Source of the DNA: Vicugna vicugna
Lineage: Eukaryota
Length of the DNA stretch: 64,000 nucleotides
NCBI GenBank assembly: GCA_013265495.1
Contig: MU057991.1
Location: forward strand, 186,001 to 250,000
Direction: 5' to 3'
Position 1 is the stretch's first letter, and each line of letters begins with the position of its first letter. Both the position numbers and the translations under genes were made by a program. Below, piece by piece: positions 50,815-63,638 of the stretch. Under the pieces are notes generated by a model, which ran no database searches, was not told the origin of the DNA, and saw nothing but the letters and a program-made list of their open reading frames with translations.

Positions 50815-52449
50815 CTTATTACAATGTTTGGTAGATATTTTTACCCAGTTAAAGGTGTTTTCATGGATTCCTAGGTTCCTAAGGGACTTTAACAGCAGCA
50901 GTTGTGCGCTCGGTGTGACTGCCGGGGCAGAGGGCGAGGCTCCGTCACGGGGCCCAAAGTACAGATGGCTGCCCACAGGCTCTTTATTACAGCGCTTCCT
51001 GAGTTTGAGACCAGGGCGAAGCTTAGATGTGATCTTATGGCTTTAACTCTCCAAGATTTTAAAAGTCTTTTTCTGGGTGTGGAGCCAGGACACTGACTGC
51101 CAAGCCTGGAGAGCTGGCCCCTGGAGACAAGCCCTGAATGAGGGGAAAACCCACGCAGAAGCAGCCAGAACCATCCGCGGGTCCTTCTCAGACCCTCCCC
51201 TTCCTGGGAAAGCTTTTATCCCCCCCCTCCCGCCCCCCGGAGGGCTGTGATGACTTTCACAAGGTCATTGGCCCGCAGGCCAAATCTCTTCAAGCTGAAA
51301 CCCCATCTGCTCAGAGCTTCAGCTAGAATCCTGGGGGCGGGATGTGGGGGGGAGGAGGGTGCTGGTGAGTTTGCCCTGAGGTGAGTGTGTTCGCTCTGGG
51401 ATGGAAGCCACGAACTGTCCCTTGGGGGTGTCATTTGAGGCTCCGGGCAGCTAGGGCCCCAGAACTCTGTCCGTCTGTGTCCACCTCTTCTGCTGAGGCC
51501 TGACCCCCGATGGGGGATCTAAGAGGCTTAGCCCCTCCCAGGGTGCCGGGCAATCCCAGGGGGGTGTGTGTGGGGGGTCTGGCAAGTTCCCTGGATCTGC
51601 AGTGCTTCTAGGATCTAGTCCTGAAGTCCTGCCTCCACGTGCATTACAGCCCCGCTCAGCCCTGCGCTGGTCCCTGGTGTGAACGACCCTCAGGCTGAAC
51701 CGCACTGAACAGAGCAGCGGCTTTTCTGGAAATGATGGACGGTCTTTGGCCTCCATTAGACTGGTTCTCCTTGTGGGAGACACGAGGTGGAGCCCGGGGA
51801 GGGCGGGCTGGACCGGGCTGCCTCCTGCCTGCCCGTCTCGGGCCCTCCCCATCGGGTCTGGAAGCTGGTCCCTCCTCCTCAATGTGTGGCCCAGGCTCCA
51901 TCAGAAGTTTGCTCTTTCCCAGTTGCTGGGGGTGAATTTAAACCCCGTAAGTCTCACCCTCACGGCCAGTTCAAAGGAGGAAATTCTTACTCACTCAGCT
52001 GTGCAGGGAGCGCAAGGCCGAACTGTGATCTGCATCTCAGCAGAACGACTTTGCTCAGCACCAGTGGTTTCCTGGCTGGGTGAGTCACAATACGGGTGCT
52101 GGGACCAAACACGGTCCCTAAGGTCACCGGCCGGCCACGCACCGCAGGCTGATGGTGGGAGCCGAGCAGCTGGTTCATGAACTCAGAGTTTAGGACTGAG
52201 CAGAATCACAACAGAACATCTGTTTGCTTTGTCGCTCTCAGGAAACCAAACCTCACTTGCTATAGAATAATCTCCTACACCCAGGAATTCCCTCTTGGCT
52301 CCGTGAAGGAGGAGAGACCAGGTGGAACCTGGGAAGACGGCATTGAGAGGACCCCCCCCCTCACTGAAGGTCATCATTCCCGGGGTGGGTGGTGGCAGGG
52401 GGCATAGGTCACTCTCCATAATTTCTCCTGCATCTTGCAGTTTTGCAAA

Positions 52450-55400
52450 CTAAAGCTGCTCTAAAAATAGTTTATTAATTAACTTTAAAAAATTACCAGG
52501 AAAGATGACCCACAGTAGGTGGGATAAGATCAATAATGAATACCAACACTGCGTTGTTAACAAGAATACAAATTTTTATAAGGTCCTTAAGAATAAAGAA
52601 CAATGAATAATATACATCTATTTTTTTTAATACCCCATATACAATCAACATGTTTTGATCAACAGTGTAAACCAGATAAAAGAGAATCTTGCTTTCCATT
52701 TGTACAAATATTGCTTTTCTCATAGCAAACCTTTATACCGTTGAAACGTACCATCGATAGAGAGCTGTTGCTTGTTTCAGAAGGAAGTTATTGCTGGCTG
52801 TGGCTAATTGCTTGTCACACATCCATCTTTATTTCCAAGGGTTTACATGATACAGGTGAGATTACTCTGTAGCCAAATTAAGTCAAAAGGGCTTCTTTAA
52901 AAAAAAAATAAGTAAATGCACCTAAAAATGTGTAGTTTTATCTGCCAGGTGACCGGATGGGCAGTCTTAGCATTTCTGCTGGCATTTCAGACAGACAGGA
53001 GGAATTTGTAACCTCGGAGGGCAGTCTGTGCCTGCATTTCCACGTGGAAAAGGAAATCGTGCTAATTGCTTCAGTTTTCCCCCCAGATGCAATGTATACA
53101 AAAAATATAAAACGTGTTTCTTAAAGCAAGAATTCTCTTGTTGGACTCCTGTTTTTATAAACCCCATCCAACTCCTTCTGCAACCTTCTGGCCGCCTCTC
53201 TTTGTGATGAACTGGTGAGTCCAGGGTTTGCTTTCTTCCCGGGCAACGGAGCTACCCTTCAGGGAGGGCAGCGAGCTGCTTGCACAAGCGGCAGGGACGC
53301 TTGGCACCAGTGCCCCCTTTAACAGAGGACACGGGACAGAGGTGTCTGCTCTGTATTTCCTTTGCTTTTCATGGATTGCTCCCCTCTGGCGCTTGGGCAC
53401 GTGCGTGGAGCCTCCCCGTGCACCCGGGTTCTTAATGCTCATGATGGATGCTGAGGTCTTTGTGCTTAGAGTCTGCTCAATCCCGAGGTCCCTATGCCCG
53501 CAGAACTGGCCTGCAACCCCCACACCTGCGGCCGCCCCTAGGCTGGTGGTTCTCCGCCCTGGCTGTACATCAGCATGACTTTAAGACCTTTACAAAGTGT
53601 ACATCCTGGGTTTCACTGCCCCGGGGCACGAGAGGGCCGCAGGATTTTCAAAAGCGCCCCTGTGATTTCTCTGTGCAGCTGGGGTTGAGAACAGCATCCC
53701 TTAGGGAGGTCACGCTGAGGCTGGAAGACTGTTGGGGGGGGTTCGTTAAACGTGCTAAAACATTATCAGGGTTTGTGGCTGTTTCTAATCTATATTGTCA
53801 ATGCACATCAAGTATAGACATAAAAATAAAATAGCTCCCATCAAAGTCAGATGGGTGTATATAAACCGACACAGAATTACATCACTGTGTCTGTCGGTTA
53901 CAGGGTCATTTTGGCAGATGACTGGGGTACCACGCAGATGGATCTGCCTTTCGGCCACAAGGAGAGCAATTCTTTTCTGCTGAATCGCCCTCGAGCCAAC
54001 AGAACGTGCTTCAGACCAAGACTCAATGTGCTTTCCAGCTTTTCCTCACCTGATAGATCTATAAAAATGATTCTCCTCCTGACCGGGACGATGCCCTGGC
54101 TTAGCTCTGCAAAGACGCTGCGGTTTTTCTGAGACAGAAGAGGGTTTTCTCTCGCAGCAACTAAATCTCTTGAAGCAGAAATGTCACTTTCGAATTTCGA
54201 TGCGCTTGCAGCCTAAGGTATAAACTGTTTCTTTTAGTAGAAAAACGCGTCTTCCTAAAAAATAGACCTTACAAAGTTCAGTGCTCAAAAATGTACAAAA
54301 ATAGACTCAACATTTAAAAATCCTGCCTGAATGTGTCTGTAAGAGTAGAGAAGCGTGTGGCCCTGATGCGGCTGGTGGGACTGCTCAGAGGGGCAGGGGT
54401 CTTTACGCAGGAAGGTGTGACAGCCCCGGCCGGGGAACAAACAGATCATCGTGTTGTGACATGAACAGTGTGCGCATCGCAGGAACCAGATGCAGAGCAG
54501 ACCTTCAGGGCCATTTCAACAGCGGTCACTTGGGGTGAGCAGCCATTCTCTGGGGCAGAAGATTGATTTTTCTTACTTCTTAGAAAACAAACTGTCCAGG
54601 GCTTCATAGAGGCTCAGACTGGGGTATGGGCCACCGTTCAGGATGCGTTAGCTGCTGGTGACAAGGACCCAGAGGGTTTGGGAATGGCCACTCAAGGCCA
54701 AGTCCCAAGGCGCATCGCTCTGGCCCTGCTCAGGGACTCACTTCCACACACAGACTCTGCCCTGACTCGGGAGCGCGGTGTGGACGCTCAGGCCTGTACC
54801 ACGGAAGGCGACCTTTGCGACGGGGGTCTCGACCTAGGCTGCCCGTTGCGACAGCATGGGGAGCCCCTAGGATTCTGATTGAACTGGTCTGAGGAGACCT
54901 CACTTCTTCTTTTTAAGTTGGGCAGGTGGCCCCAGTGGGCTGCGAAGGACAGAACCCCGAGTCATATACCCCAGCAGCCTCGTCCCACACACTGGCTGTC
55001 CCCCACCCCTCGGGAGCTCTGAAAAGCCCCTCAGTGGGGGCTGCACCCGAGACAAAGTCAATCAGCCTCTTTTTGGTTGGGACCCAGGAGATTCCCAAGG
55101 GCAGCCAGTCTGAGAGCCACCGCCTTTGCCCTCCTGCCAGGCAGGAGGTTCAGATGTTTGCAGTTTGCGTGGGGAGGGGGCAAAAGCTCACAATTAGGAA
55201 CTTTCACCAAATCCCTGAGCCTTGTCATCACCTGGGGTTCAACCTGCCACCCCCACTGTACTCCTGGTCATCAAATCAGGGACAACCTGGCCTCGGCAAA
55301 TTCCGGGTTCTGAGATGACAGAACTATTTTTGTAGAGATGATGAAGATTCTACAAGAAGATGTGAACCAGGCATTGCACAGCTGGCCCCTGGACAACTCA

Positions 55401-58040
55401 GGGTCTGGGGCGCTGCCCCTCCGAGCAGGGGGCTCCCCCTGTGACCTCATAGTGAGCCTCTGACTCCTTATCTGGAGATTCAACTAACGGGTGGGTCTCG
55501 CAGTGGTGCTGCTGAGGGCATCCACGTGTCAGTGGACCCGCGCTGTTCAAACCCGTGTTGTTCAAGGGTCAGCTGTAAATGTTAGCTTCCCACCCCGATC
55601 TGTCTTCAAAAGCCAGGTCTGGGGCTGGGGCCATGGGGAGAGGTTCCAGGAGCCGGCGGAGGGGGGAACAGCTCACAGACTCTCTGTGGGGCCTCAGGGA
55701 CTGGGCGTCAACTAGGAGGAACCAAGGACAGGAGTGTAAACTTTGAAATCTGGCCCCCTGCACCCCCTGGACACAGTGAGAACATTTTGGGGAGCACGAT
55801 CTTCAAAATGAATTTAGCAATTAAGGTTTTATGCGGGAAAACTGAACTACAAAGGAGGGAAAGCGTGGGCCGTTCTTGCTGGTTTATTACGTTCTAGTAA
55901 AACGTTTCAGATTTACAAAGACTAGGACTTTGCTGCTGAGCTAGACCAGCATGTTGCTGTCTCAGCAACCAGCACCCTGCTGCTCAGGGCTGAAGACCTG
56001 GCTACAGTATTTCTGCTCTGACATGAAGAAATCATCAAAGTGGTTTACGGGCAAGGGCAGAAAATGCCAGATTCTTACAAATGGCGTTTTGCCTTTTCAG
56101 GAGTCCTCTCCGGATGCCCCGTGGGGGACCGGCATGAAGGGCAGCGGGGCCTGGAGGCCTGCTTCCCTAGGGGGTCCTCGGGCAGGTGCTTCTGGGGCTG
56201 GGCTCCCTCTGCTCAGAAGGCACTTCCCACATCCCTGGTGGCTGAGAGCCTGGGGGTCTCTCTGCGCGACCCCGTGACGGCCTCCTGGTCCCCCAACCCT
56301 CCCTGCTCGGGGCTGTCACGTCTTGCCTGGCAACTCTCATACTGTTTTAAGGTTCACATTTATGACCCAGCTTTTTTTTTTTTTTTTTACCAAATTGTGA
56401 ACTTCATGGATTCAGGGACTATGTTTTATTTGCTTTTTTTAATCTTTAGGAGGACCTATGCCAGGCTGCTGAGATGTTTAAAGGTACTCAGAACACGATG
56501 TGATGGAATTGAGTTGAATACAGTTTCTATTTCCACTGGGACAAAATTAGAGACTTTGGCGACAAAACCGTGGGGCCCTGATGCATCTGAGTCAATAAAT
56601 AATTAAAAGGCTAAAGGAAAATCATGTGCGGGGTGTGTGTGTGTGTGTGGCGGAGCACAACCCTTGACTGAAAAGATGGTCTGGCTAAGGTACGTTGACT
56701 AGGAGCGTTTACGACAATGTCTACAAAGAACCGTGTTCACGATCGGGGTGCAGGGACACAGGTGAGAAAAAGTTAGTGTCCTAAGTACAGAGGGTCCTTT
56801 AATTGCAGAGAGCTATTTTAAGGGAAAATGATTTTTTTCTGCCCACATACCTGCAAGTGTTCTGAAGAACTTATCACCAGTGTCAAAGTCAAATTTCCTT
56901 TTTACCACCTGGGTTCCACTTAAGACATCGCGGTGTCTGCGCTGCACCTGTAAGACGCGCCAGCAGCGCGGAGGGCCAGGCGTTCCCGCATCCCTGCCCG
57001 GAGCCTGGACCGTTTCATCACCAAGGCGAGGAGGGGCTTTGGGCGCAGCGTCCCCGTGAGGCGCAAAGTACCGAAAAAAAAAGCCAAAAACCTTTATAGT
57101 AAAATAAAAAGAAAATGATTTTCCATGAAGAGACTAAACTAATTTTTTTTTGGGGGGGGATGCTAAAATAGTTTCCAAGAACAGCCTCGTTTCTGCAGTT
57201 TCCTGAGATACACCTGTCCCCTGAGCCCCAAAGGACTTGATGGAATTCCTCGGAGGCTCAGATTTGGGGCACTCTCATTCCGTCTCAGCGAAGGGCTGTT
57301 GGTCTGAACGCTGCTGAATCAACTATGAGCCGATCTTGGATGCTGTTCTTGTCGATGCGAAGAGCGGACTGAGTTCCAAAACAATGGAATGGAAAATAAA
57401 CAGGTCAGTCGAAGACTCAGAGTCAGAGGACACTGGTCAACCAGCGGAGGGGAAGTACCACAGGGACATCCGTATAAAAGAAAGTCTGAGAAAGGATTCT
57501 ATCCCCTCTGTTTCTTCCTGGCCCAGGAAGGGATCAAAGTGGCTTATCCTCTTACACCTGCCGTGATTCGATACAGGACCCATCGGGCCCCAGCTGAGGA
57601 CGCGGAAGACTGGCTGGTTTTTCAACTGTCTTGCAGTGGAAGGGTCCCAGTGGAGCCAACGGAAGCCCGTGTCAGCCCGAAGCCTGGCCCTTGCTTCTCG
57701 GTCACAGTTGGGCCTGGGTCAGCTCGGTGCCACATGAGCCCACTGCAAGCAAAATCAAAGGCGAACTTCTGCCTAAGTGGGCGACGCTCCTTCCGGATGC
57801 CTCACAGTCTGGAGATGAAGGAATGGCCCTGGAACTGTGCAAGGTGCATCAGAGCCGGGGGCACTTCTTGGTTGAAAGACAGGACCAAACTGTGGGTCCC
57901 AGAGTTAAGGTGGGCATGGCTGTCAGGACCGCGAAGCTGCCTTGGCTTGGTCCCGGGGGCTGAAGGGAGCGGAATTTTTCGGGTGCCGCCGTCCCCCTGC
58001 GGTCACGCCCCAGTGAGGTCCCTGCTGGCTGGCGCTGCCC
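52450..58040 (-). other. EGFR: EGFR long 3' UTR (approx. 5.6 kb)
   Basis: Follows the stop codon; stretches such as ttccattccattgttttg and the CA-repeat block near 56640 resemble the recalled human EGFR 3' UTR; ends in an AT-rich block with AATAAA. Confidence 0.65.
52471..52476 (-). terminator. EGFR: Putative distal EGFR poly(A) signal AATAAA
   Basis: tttatt on + strand at the end of an AT-rich, repeat-free block (52440-53160) typical of a terminal 3' UTR. Confidence 0.6.
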
Positions 58041-58348
58041 TTAGGTACTCTGCATCCCCAGCTGCAGGGCCCTCAAGGATGGCGTTGGCGAGAAGGCCTG
58101 CTGGTAGTCGGGGTTGTCCAGGCTGATCTGGGGGGTGCCCTTCTGCGCCCAGAGGGCAGGGCCGGAGAGGGCACCGTTGACGCAGACGGGATGGGCGGTG
58201 TTGAGATACTCGGGGTTGTCCACGGCGTTGCTGTGCGAATTCTGGTAGTGGGGGTCCCTTCCAGGCGCCGGGTGCAGAGGCTGATTGTGATACACGGGGT
58301 TCTGGACAGAGCCCGCCGGCCTCTTGGGGATAGACTGGTTCACGTACT
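58041..58348 (-). CDS. EGFR: EGFR exon 28 coding part, ending in a frameshifted tail (TAA 58041-58043)
   Basis: [24 protein letters not shown]...NPEYLN...DNPDYQQAF then [16 protein letters not shown]. The canonical tail ([19 protein letters not shown] at 58003-58005) lies in another frame. Confidence 0.9.
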
Positions 58349-59004
58349 CTGAAAGGGAAAAGCAAGCAGGGGTGATGGGCAAAACACATCCCGTGCAGGA
58401 CCCCCCACCCCCGGCCCCGGCTCATCCTGCGCCCTGCGAACACTCCCCAGTGAGGCGACAGGTGACAGAGGGCAGGGACGCCTGGGGAGACTCTCTTGCT
58501 GGAATAAAGCGTGCTCCTTCATGTCCTTCTCAAAGCAATGGGCACGTCTGTCCTCTGCTCATTGAAAGTTCTCAGAGCGCAGCCTCGGGGTGTGGGTGTG
58601 CGCGAGCAGGCAGGGACAGTCCGGGGACGGAACTTACATGAGGGACACGTTTACAGGCCAAGACTGGAGGCAGGAGACGAACGGGGTCAGATCTGTCACA
58701 TACACACACACGCACACGCACACTCTCTCCCTCTCACACGCTGACACTTGTGCATCCTTGCTGTCTGCTTCACATCCTAGGAAGTCTGCAGACTGACTCT
58801 GAAAACAACCTGGATGTGACTTGAGCCCGATGGGGACCCGTGTGGACGCTCAGTTGCTCCCCCTGCTTCTGGCCTCCCTCCCGTCCTTGCGTCCGCACGC
58901 GGGCCGCGGGCCCCACCTGGGGGCCAGCCTGGAGGAGGCAGCCAGCCAGGGATGCGCAGGCCGGCTAGCGCTGGCCGGGGGAGGCTGAGGAGCAAGACAC
59001 TCAC

Positions 59005-59110
59005 CAGGCGCCGGGAGGAAGGTGTCATCGAGGCTGTCCTCGGTCAGGGTGCCGGTGGGGTCTGAGCTGTACCGTTGCAAGAAGCTGTCTTCTTTGAGGG
59101 GATAGCTCTG
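59005..59110 (-). CDS. EGFR: EGFR exon 27 (includes Y1045 Cbl site)
   Basis: [35 protein letters not shown]; tandem cagcag acceptor (start 59110 or 59107), gtgagt donor. Confidence 0.95.
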
Positions 59111-59648
59111 CTGGGAAGGGAGCAGGCGAGGTTACCCTAGCCGGCGCCGCTCCCTTCAGCACGTGCACGCATCACCTGAGAGCTTGCTAAAGCGCAGGTC
59201 CTGATTCAGCAGGTCTGGGGGAGGGCCCGAGAATCTGCATTTCTAACGACATCACCCACAGCTGGGGCCCACGCTGGGGCCCGCGGAGGAGGCTGCATTT
59301 TAAATTTTATTTAATTTTACTTAATTACAAGTGAATTTTCAGTAGCCACAAGTGGCCAGGGGCCTCTGTACTGGTAAGCGTGGCTGTCACCGTCCCCTGG
59401 GAGGTGGCCCCGCCCCAGAGATCCAGGTGTGGGGTGATGCTGGCACTGCTGGTCCCTGAACCACATTCTGGATCGCACTTGGACAAGGGATGCTGAAGTG
59501 CCGCCCTTAGGACAGAGGTCAAGGGAGGGAACAATACAGGGAGGAAATTCAAGACGATCTGGGTTAAGGTGGGTGGTTTGTAATGTCTAACCGAGCCACG
59601 GTACAGAGCGGTGACTTAACTTAACGGTTAATAGGTGTCCATACCTAC

Positions 59649-59696
59649 CCCGTTTCTATCCACGCAGGCCACGGTGGGGGTGTTGCTGGTGGCGCT
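59649..59696 (-). CDS. EGFR: EGFR exon 26
   Basis: SATSNTPTVACVDRNG; tttttcag acceptor, gtaggt donor; 48 nt. Confidence 0.95.
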
Positions 59697-60016
59697 CTGA
59701 AAAAGAATCACAGCTGTTCACGGCGCACCCGGGCGCACACCTACAGTCCCCGAAACCAGGAGCCGGGCCTCAGGGAGCAGGTGCATTTACAGGTGCTTTT
59801 TTCCATCTAGATTCATTAGCTTAAAAAAACCCCCTGTTTTGCTCTGTTTCATTCTACTCCTTAGGGGACCTAAAAGGATTACAATCTAGTGCGCATCAGG
59901 GCAGTCAAATGATTAACACGCTTAATCGATTCATTCCGATTCTGGCTTTACCAGCAGGTTAAAATGTACTTTTGTCTGAGCTCCACTGGATGGGGAGCAT
60001 TCGCTCTTAAGACTCA

Positions 60017-60292
<276 letters not shown>

Positions 60293-60539
60293 CTACTGAG
60301 GTGGGCCTGGCGTCAGCAGGTGCTGCGTGTATGCAGATTTAATTCTAATTCCCCCTCCAACCCCACCCGCTGTTCTCAGAAAGACAGCTCGTCCTCCCTT
60401 CTCCCCATCCTGCGGTGAACGTGCTGCAAATTCCCTGATGTCCAAAAGCCCCCGAAGGAAGTGCAAACGGCTCAGGGGGTAAAAGGAGAGCCCGAAGCTG
60501 GAGCATCCATTGAGTGTGTGCTCTGCCGTCAGGGCGGTG

Positions 60540-61230
60540 ACGCTGCGATGGACAGTAAGACACACACGTTCGATCTTTGCCCCTGTTCCCGACAGAGCTC
60601 CCAGACCCTCGGAACTTCCTACACGATGAATGCAGAATGGTGTCTCTCATGAGGAGACGTTTTAAAGGTGGGGGCTGGTGGCCAGGAGAGCCAACCATGT
60701 GATCAGAGGGCGAGCGCCTCCAGGTCTACTCCTGACCTCCAGCGAGGGGAGGGGGACTGGGGGCCAGAGCTCTTGCCCGTGGCCAATGACTTGGTCATGC
60801 TGATGTAATAATGAAGCCACCATGAAACCCGGAAGGATGGGGTTCAGGGAGCTTCCGGGGTGGTGCACCCGCGGAGATTTGGGAGCGTGTGCCCTTCCCC
60901 TACACCTCGCCCCGGGCACCTCTTCTATCTGGCTGTTCCTGAGTTACATCCTTTTATAAGTGAGTGAGATGTTCCTCTGAGTTCTGAGAGCCACCCTAGC
61001 AAGTTAACGGAATCTTCTGCCAGTTGGTCAGAAGCCCGGCTCACAGCCTGGACTTGGGACTGGCACCTGAATTTGGGAGAGGGGCGTGGCTTGGAGGACC
61101 GTGGCGTCTGATGCCACTTCCAGGTAGACAGTGTCACACTGGGCTGGTTTGCAGGACACCCGGCTGGTGTCGCAGAACTGATGGCTCGGTGGACCCCCCC
61201 CCCCCACCGCCCCGGCAACACACACATCCT
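60540..61230 (+). mobile_element. MER21-like LTR in EGFR intron 24
   Basis: ggttcagggagcttccggg, tggctgttcctgagtt, gccagttggtcagaag, tccaggtagacagtgtca. Confidence 0.6.
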
Positions 61231-61568
61231 GGAATTGCTGAGCCAAACTTTCAAATGATTTGCATGCATTATTTCACTGAATCATTAAAACATGGGTTTG
61301 GTTAACCTAATGTGGTCCTGAGCCCCGTTCCTTCATGAGACTAAGATAAGGCTTTGGCCAACTGGACCACGAAGATGACGGGGATGGAGTGTGCCGGGCT
61401 CAGACGGGGGGCCTCAGGAAGAGCCCCACTGAGCTTGCGCCCTGACCCAGGCGCACTGAGACCAAAGGTGTGACCGGGGGACGGCACAGGACGGAGCAGA
61501 GCGACACGCGATGCTCATGAGGGGGATCTCCCCGCTGTGGGGGCGGGGCGCAGACTGTGAACTGGCAC

Positions 61569-61666
61569 CTGGATGACAAGGTAGCGCTGGGGGTCCCGGG
61601 CCATCTTGGTGAACTCGATGATCAGCTCACGGAACTTTGGGCGACTGTCAGCATCGATCATCCAGC
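61569..61666 (-). CDS. EGFR: EGFR exon 24
   Basis: (C)[32 protein letters not shown]; cag/gt boundaries; 98 nt; phase matches exon 23. Confidence 0.97.
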
Positions 61667-62924
61667 CTGGGGAGAAGAGCACAGCACAGTTACAACCCTG
61701 AGAGAAATGATACGGACGGCATCACGGAAGGAAAGCATTTGGGGTGAGACTCCTTTAGACCAACAAATGAGGACGGGACCGAATCTCTGTGACAGACTTT
61801 TCAGCCCTGGCAAACTAGCACTGACCGCTGTTTAAAGACCACGGTGACACAATATGTTTGAGTCAAAACGGCAAGAAAATGCTCTCATTTTCTACGCCTC
61901 CTCTTCCGGGGGCCAGCATCCTGGTGGCACCACCGTAAGTGACCCAGAAGCCTAACGACATGACACGCATCGCTGGCTGTGAACTGTCGCGGCGGTAGGG
62001 CGTCCGGACTCGGTCACCGTCCGCACTTGACATTCAGCCTCACCCGTGTTCACTCGGCAGCCCTGTAAGCTGGGAAGCAGGCTCAGCTTAGGGAAATGTA
62101 GGGAGTTTCCTTTAGGAACCTCGGGGTTTGGGGGCGCCACACCCTGCTGCTTTCGTTGTGGTACGTGCTCGGCCATCACAGGTGCTCCCGGGGGGCGCTC
62201 GGTGCCCTCCCGGGGGAGGCTCTGTCTCTCGGTCGTGCCAGTGCATTTGGTGGCACAATGGCCCAAGTCTGGACTAAACACTCTGGAGGAACAGCTGTCA
62301 CCTGGAAACCCTCACAATTCGGGGGGCCCGTCTTTATCTTCTATCCGCAGGATGTCAAGCCAGTTTAAGCCAGAGAGCTTTGTGACTTTAGACCGATCGT
62401 GTCACCTCTCTGGATCCCCGCTTCCTCAACCCAAAGCAAGGAAGTTAAAACTGAAGATCTCTGCGCTCCCAAGTGCAGAGAGACTCAATATTTACACGAA
62501 CTTGGCCCCATAAGCTCCCTGTGCTGCCTTCTTGGGCGAATGCCTGTCACACGTGTCATGGCAGCTTCGAGCCCATGGAACTGGCGATCCGATGACCCTG
62601 TGGCATCACAGTCCAGCCACACGCTCTTGTGTGGATGACAGTTTTTACTTGCTGCACTGTGGGAGACCGCACCTAAATCCACCCGCCCTTGAAGGTTTAA
62701 GCTAAAGCAGAAGTGCTGATTCTGTAAACCTCACGTGGTTCCTCATTGTTAGGCATTTGAAAACACTCGGTCTCTTGGGTAACAGATTCCAAAATGCTCG
62801 GGTAACAGATTCCAAAATGTGGGGGTGCTTTTTCCACTGAGCAGCTCAGCGGGAGAATATTTTGGTGTCGTGGTGCATGAAGGATTTTTTTTTCTTTTTA
62901 AAGGCCCTGTTCTCAAATATTTTT

Positions 62925-63060
62925 ATTTTGTTTTATTTGGGGGGAGGTAAGTAGGTTTATTTAATTTCTTTTTCAGTGGAAGTGCTGGGGATTGAACCCG
63001 GGACCTGGTGCACGCCAAGGGTCCCACACGCTCCACCACTTGAGCTATCTATTCCCCCCC
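62925..63060 (-). mobile_element. tRNA-derived SINE (vic-1-like) in EGFR intron 23
   Basis: ggggattgaacccgggacc...ccacttgagctat. Confidence 0.75.
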
Positions 63061-63120
63061 CCAACCCCGTCCCAGAGGACTTTGATTTCAATTGCTTGTC
63101 GCCAGCGTGGGCAAAGGTCA

Positions 63121-63441
<321 letters not shown>

Positions 63442-63638
63442 TCATGGCGCCTCGTCTTAGTCATCAGTGTTGACACGCTCTTTCTAATGCTGAAAAGCCA
63501 ACGTTTCCGTGGCCTTGGGCACTGTGCTCAACGGCTGAACACCTCAGTTTACCTCTCTGTAAAGTGGGATAATGACAGCGTCTGTATCTCAGAGGCTGGC
63601 TGTGAGCCTCAAACAAGACCACACAACTGAAACGCTCA

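Noticed and set aside
62777..62820. 23-bp tandem duplication in EGFR intron 23
   Set aside because: An ordinary two-copy slippage duplication with no spacer structure or evident function.
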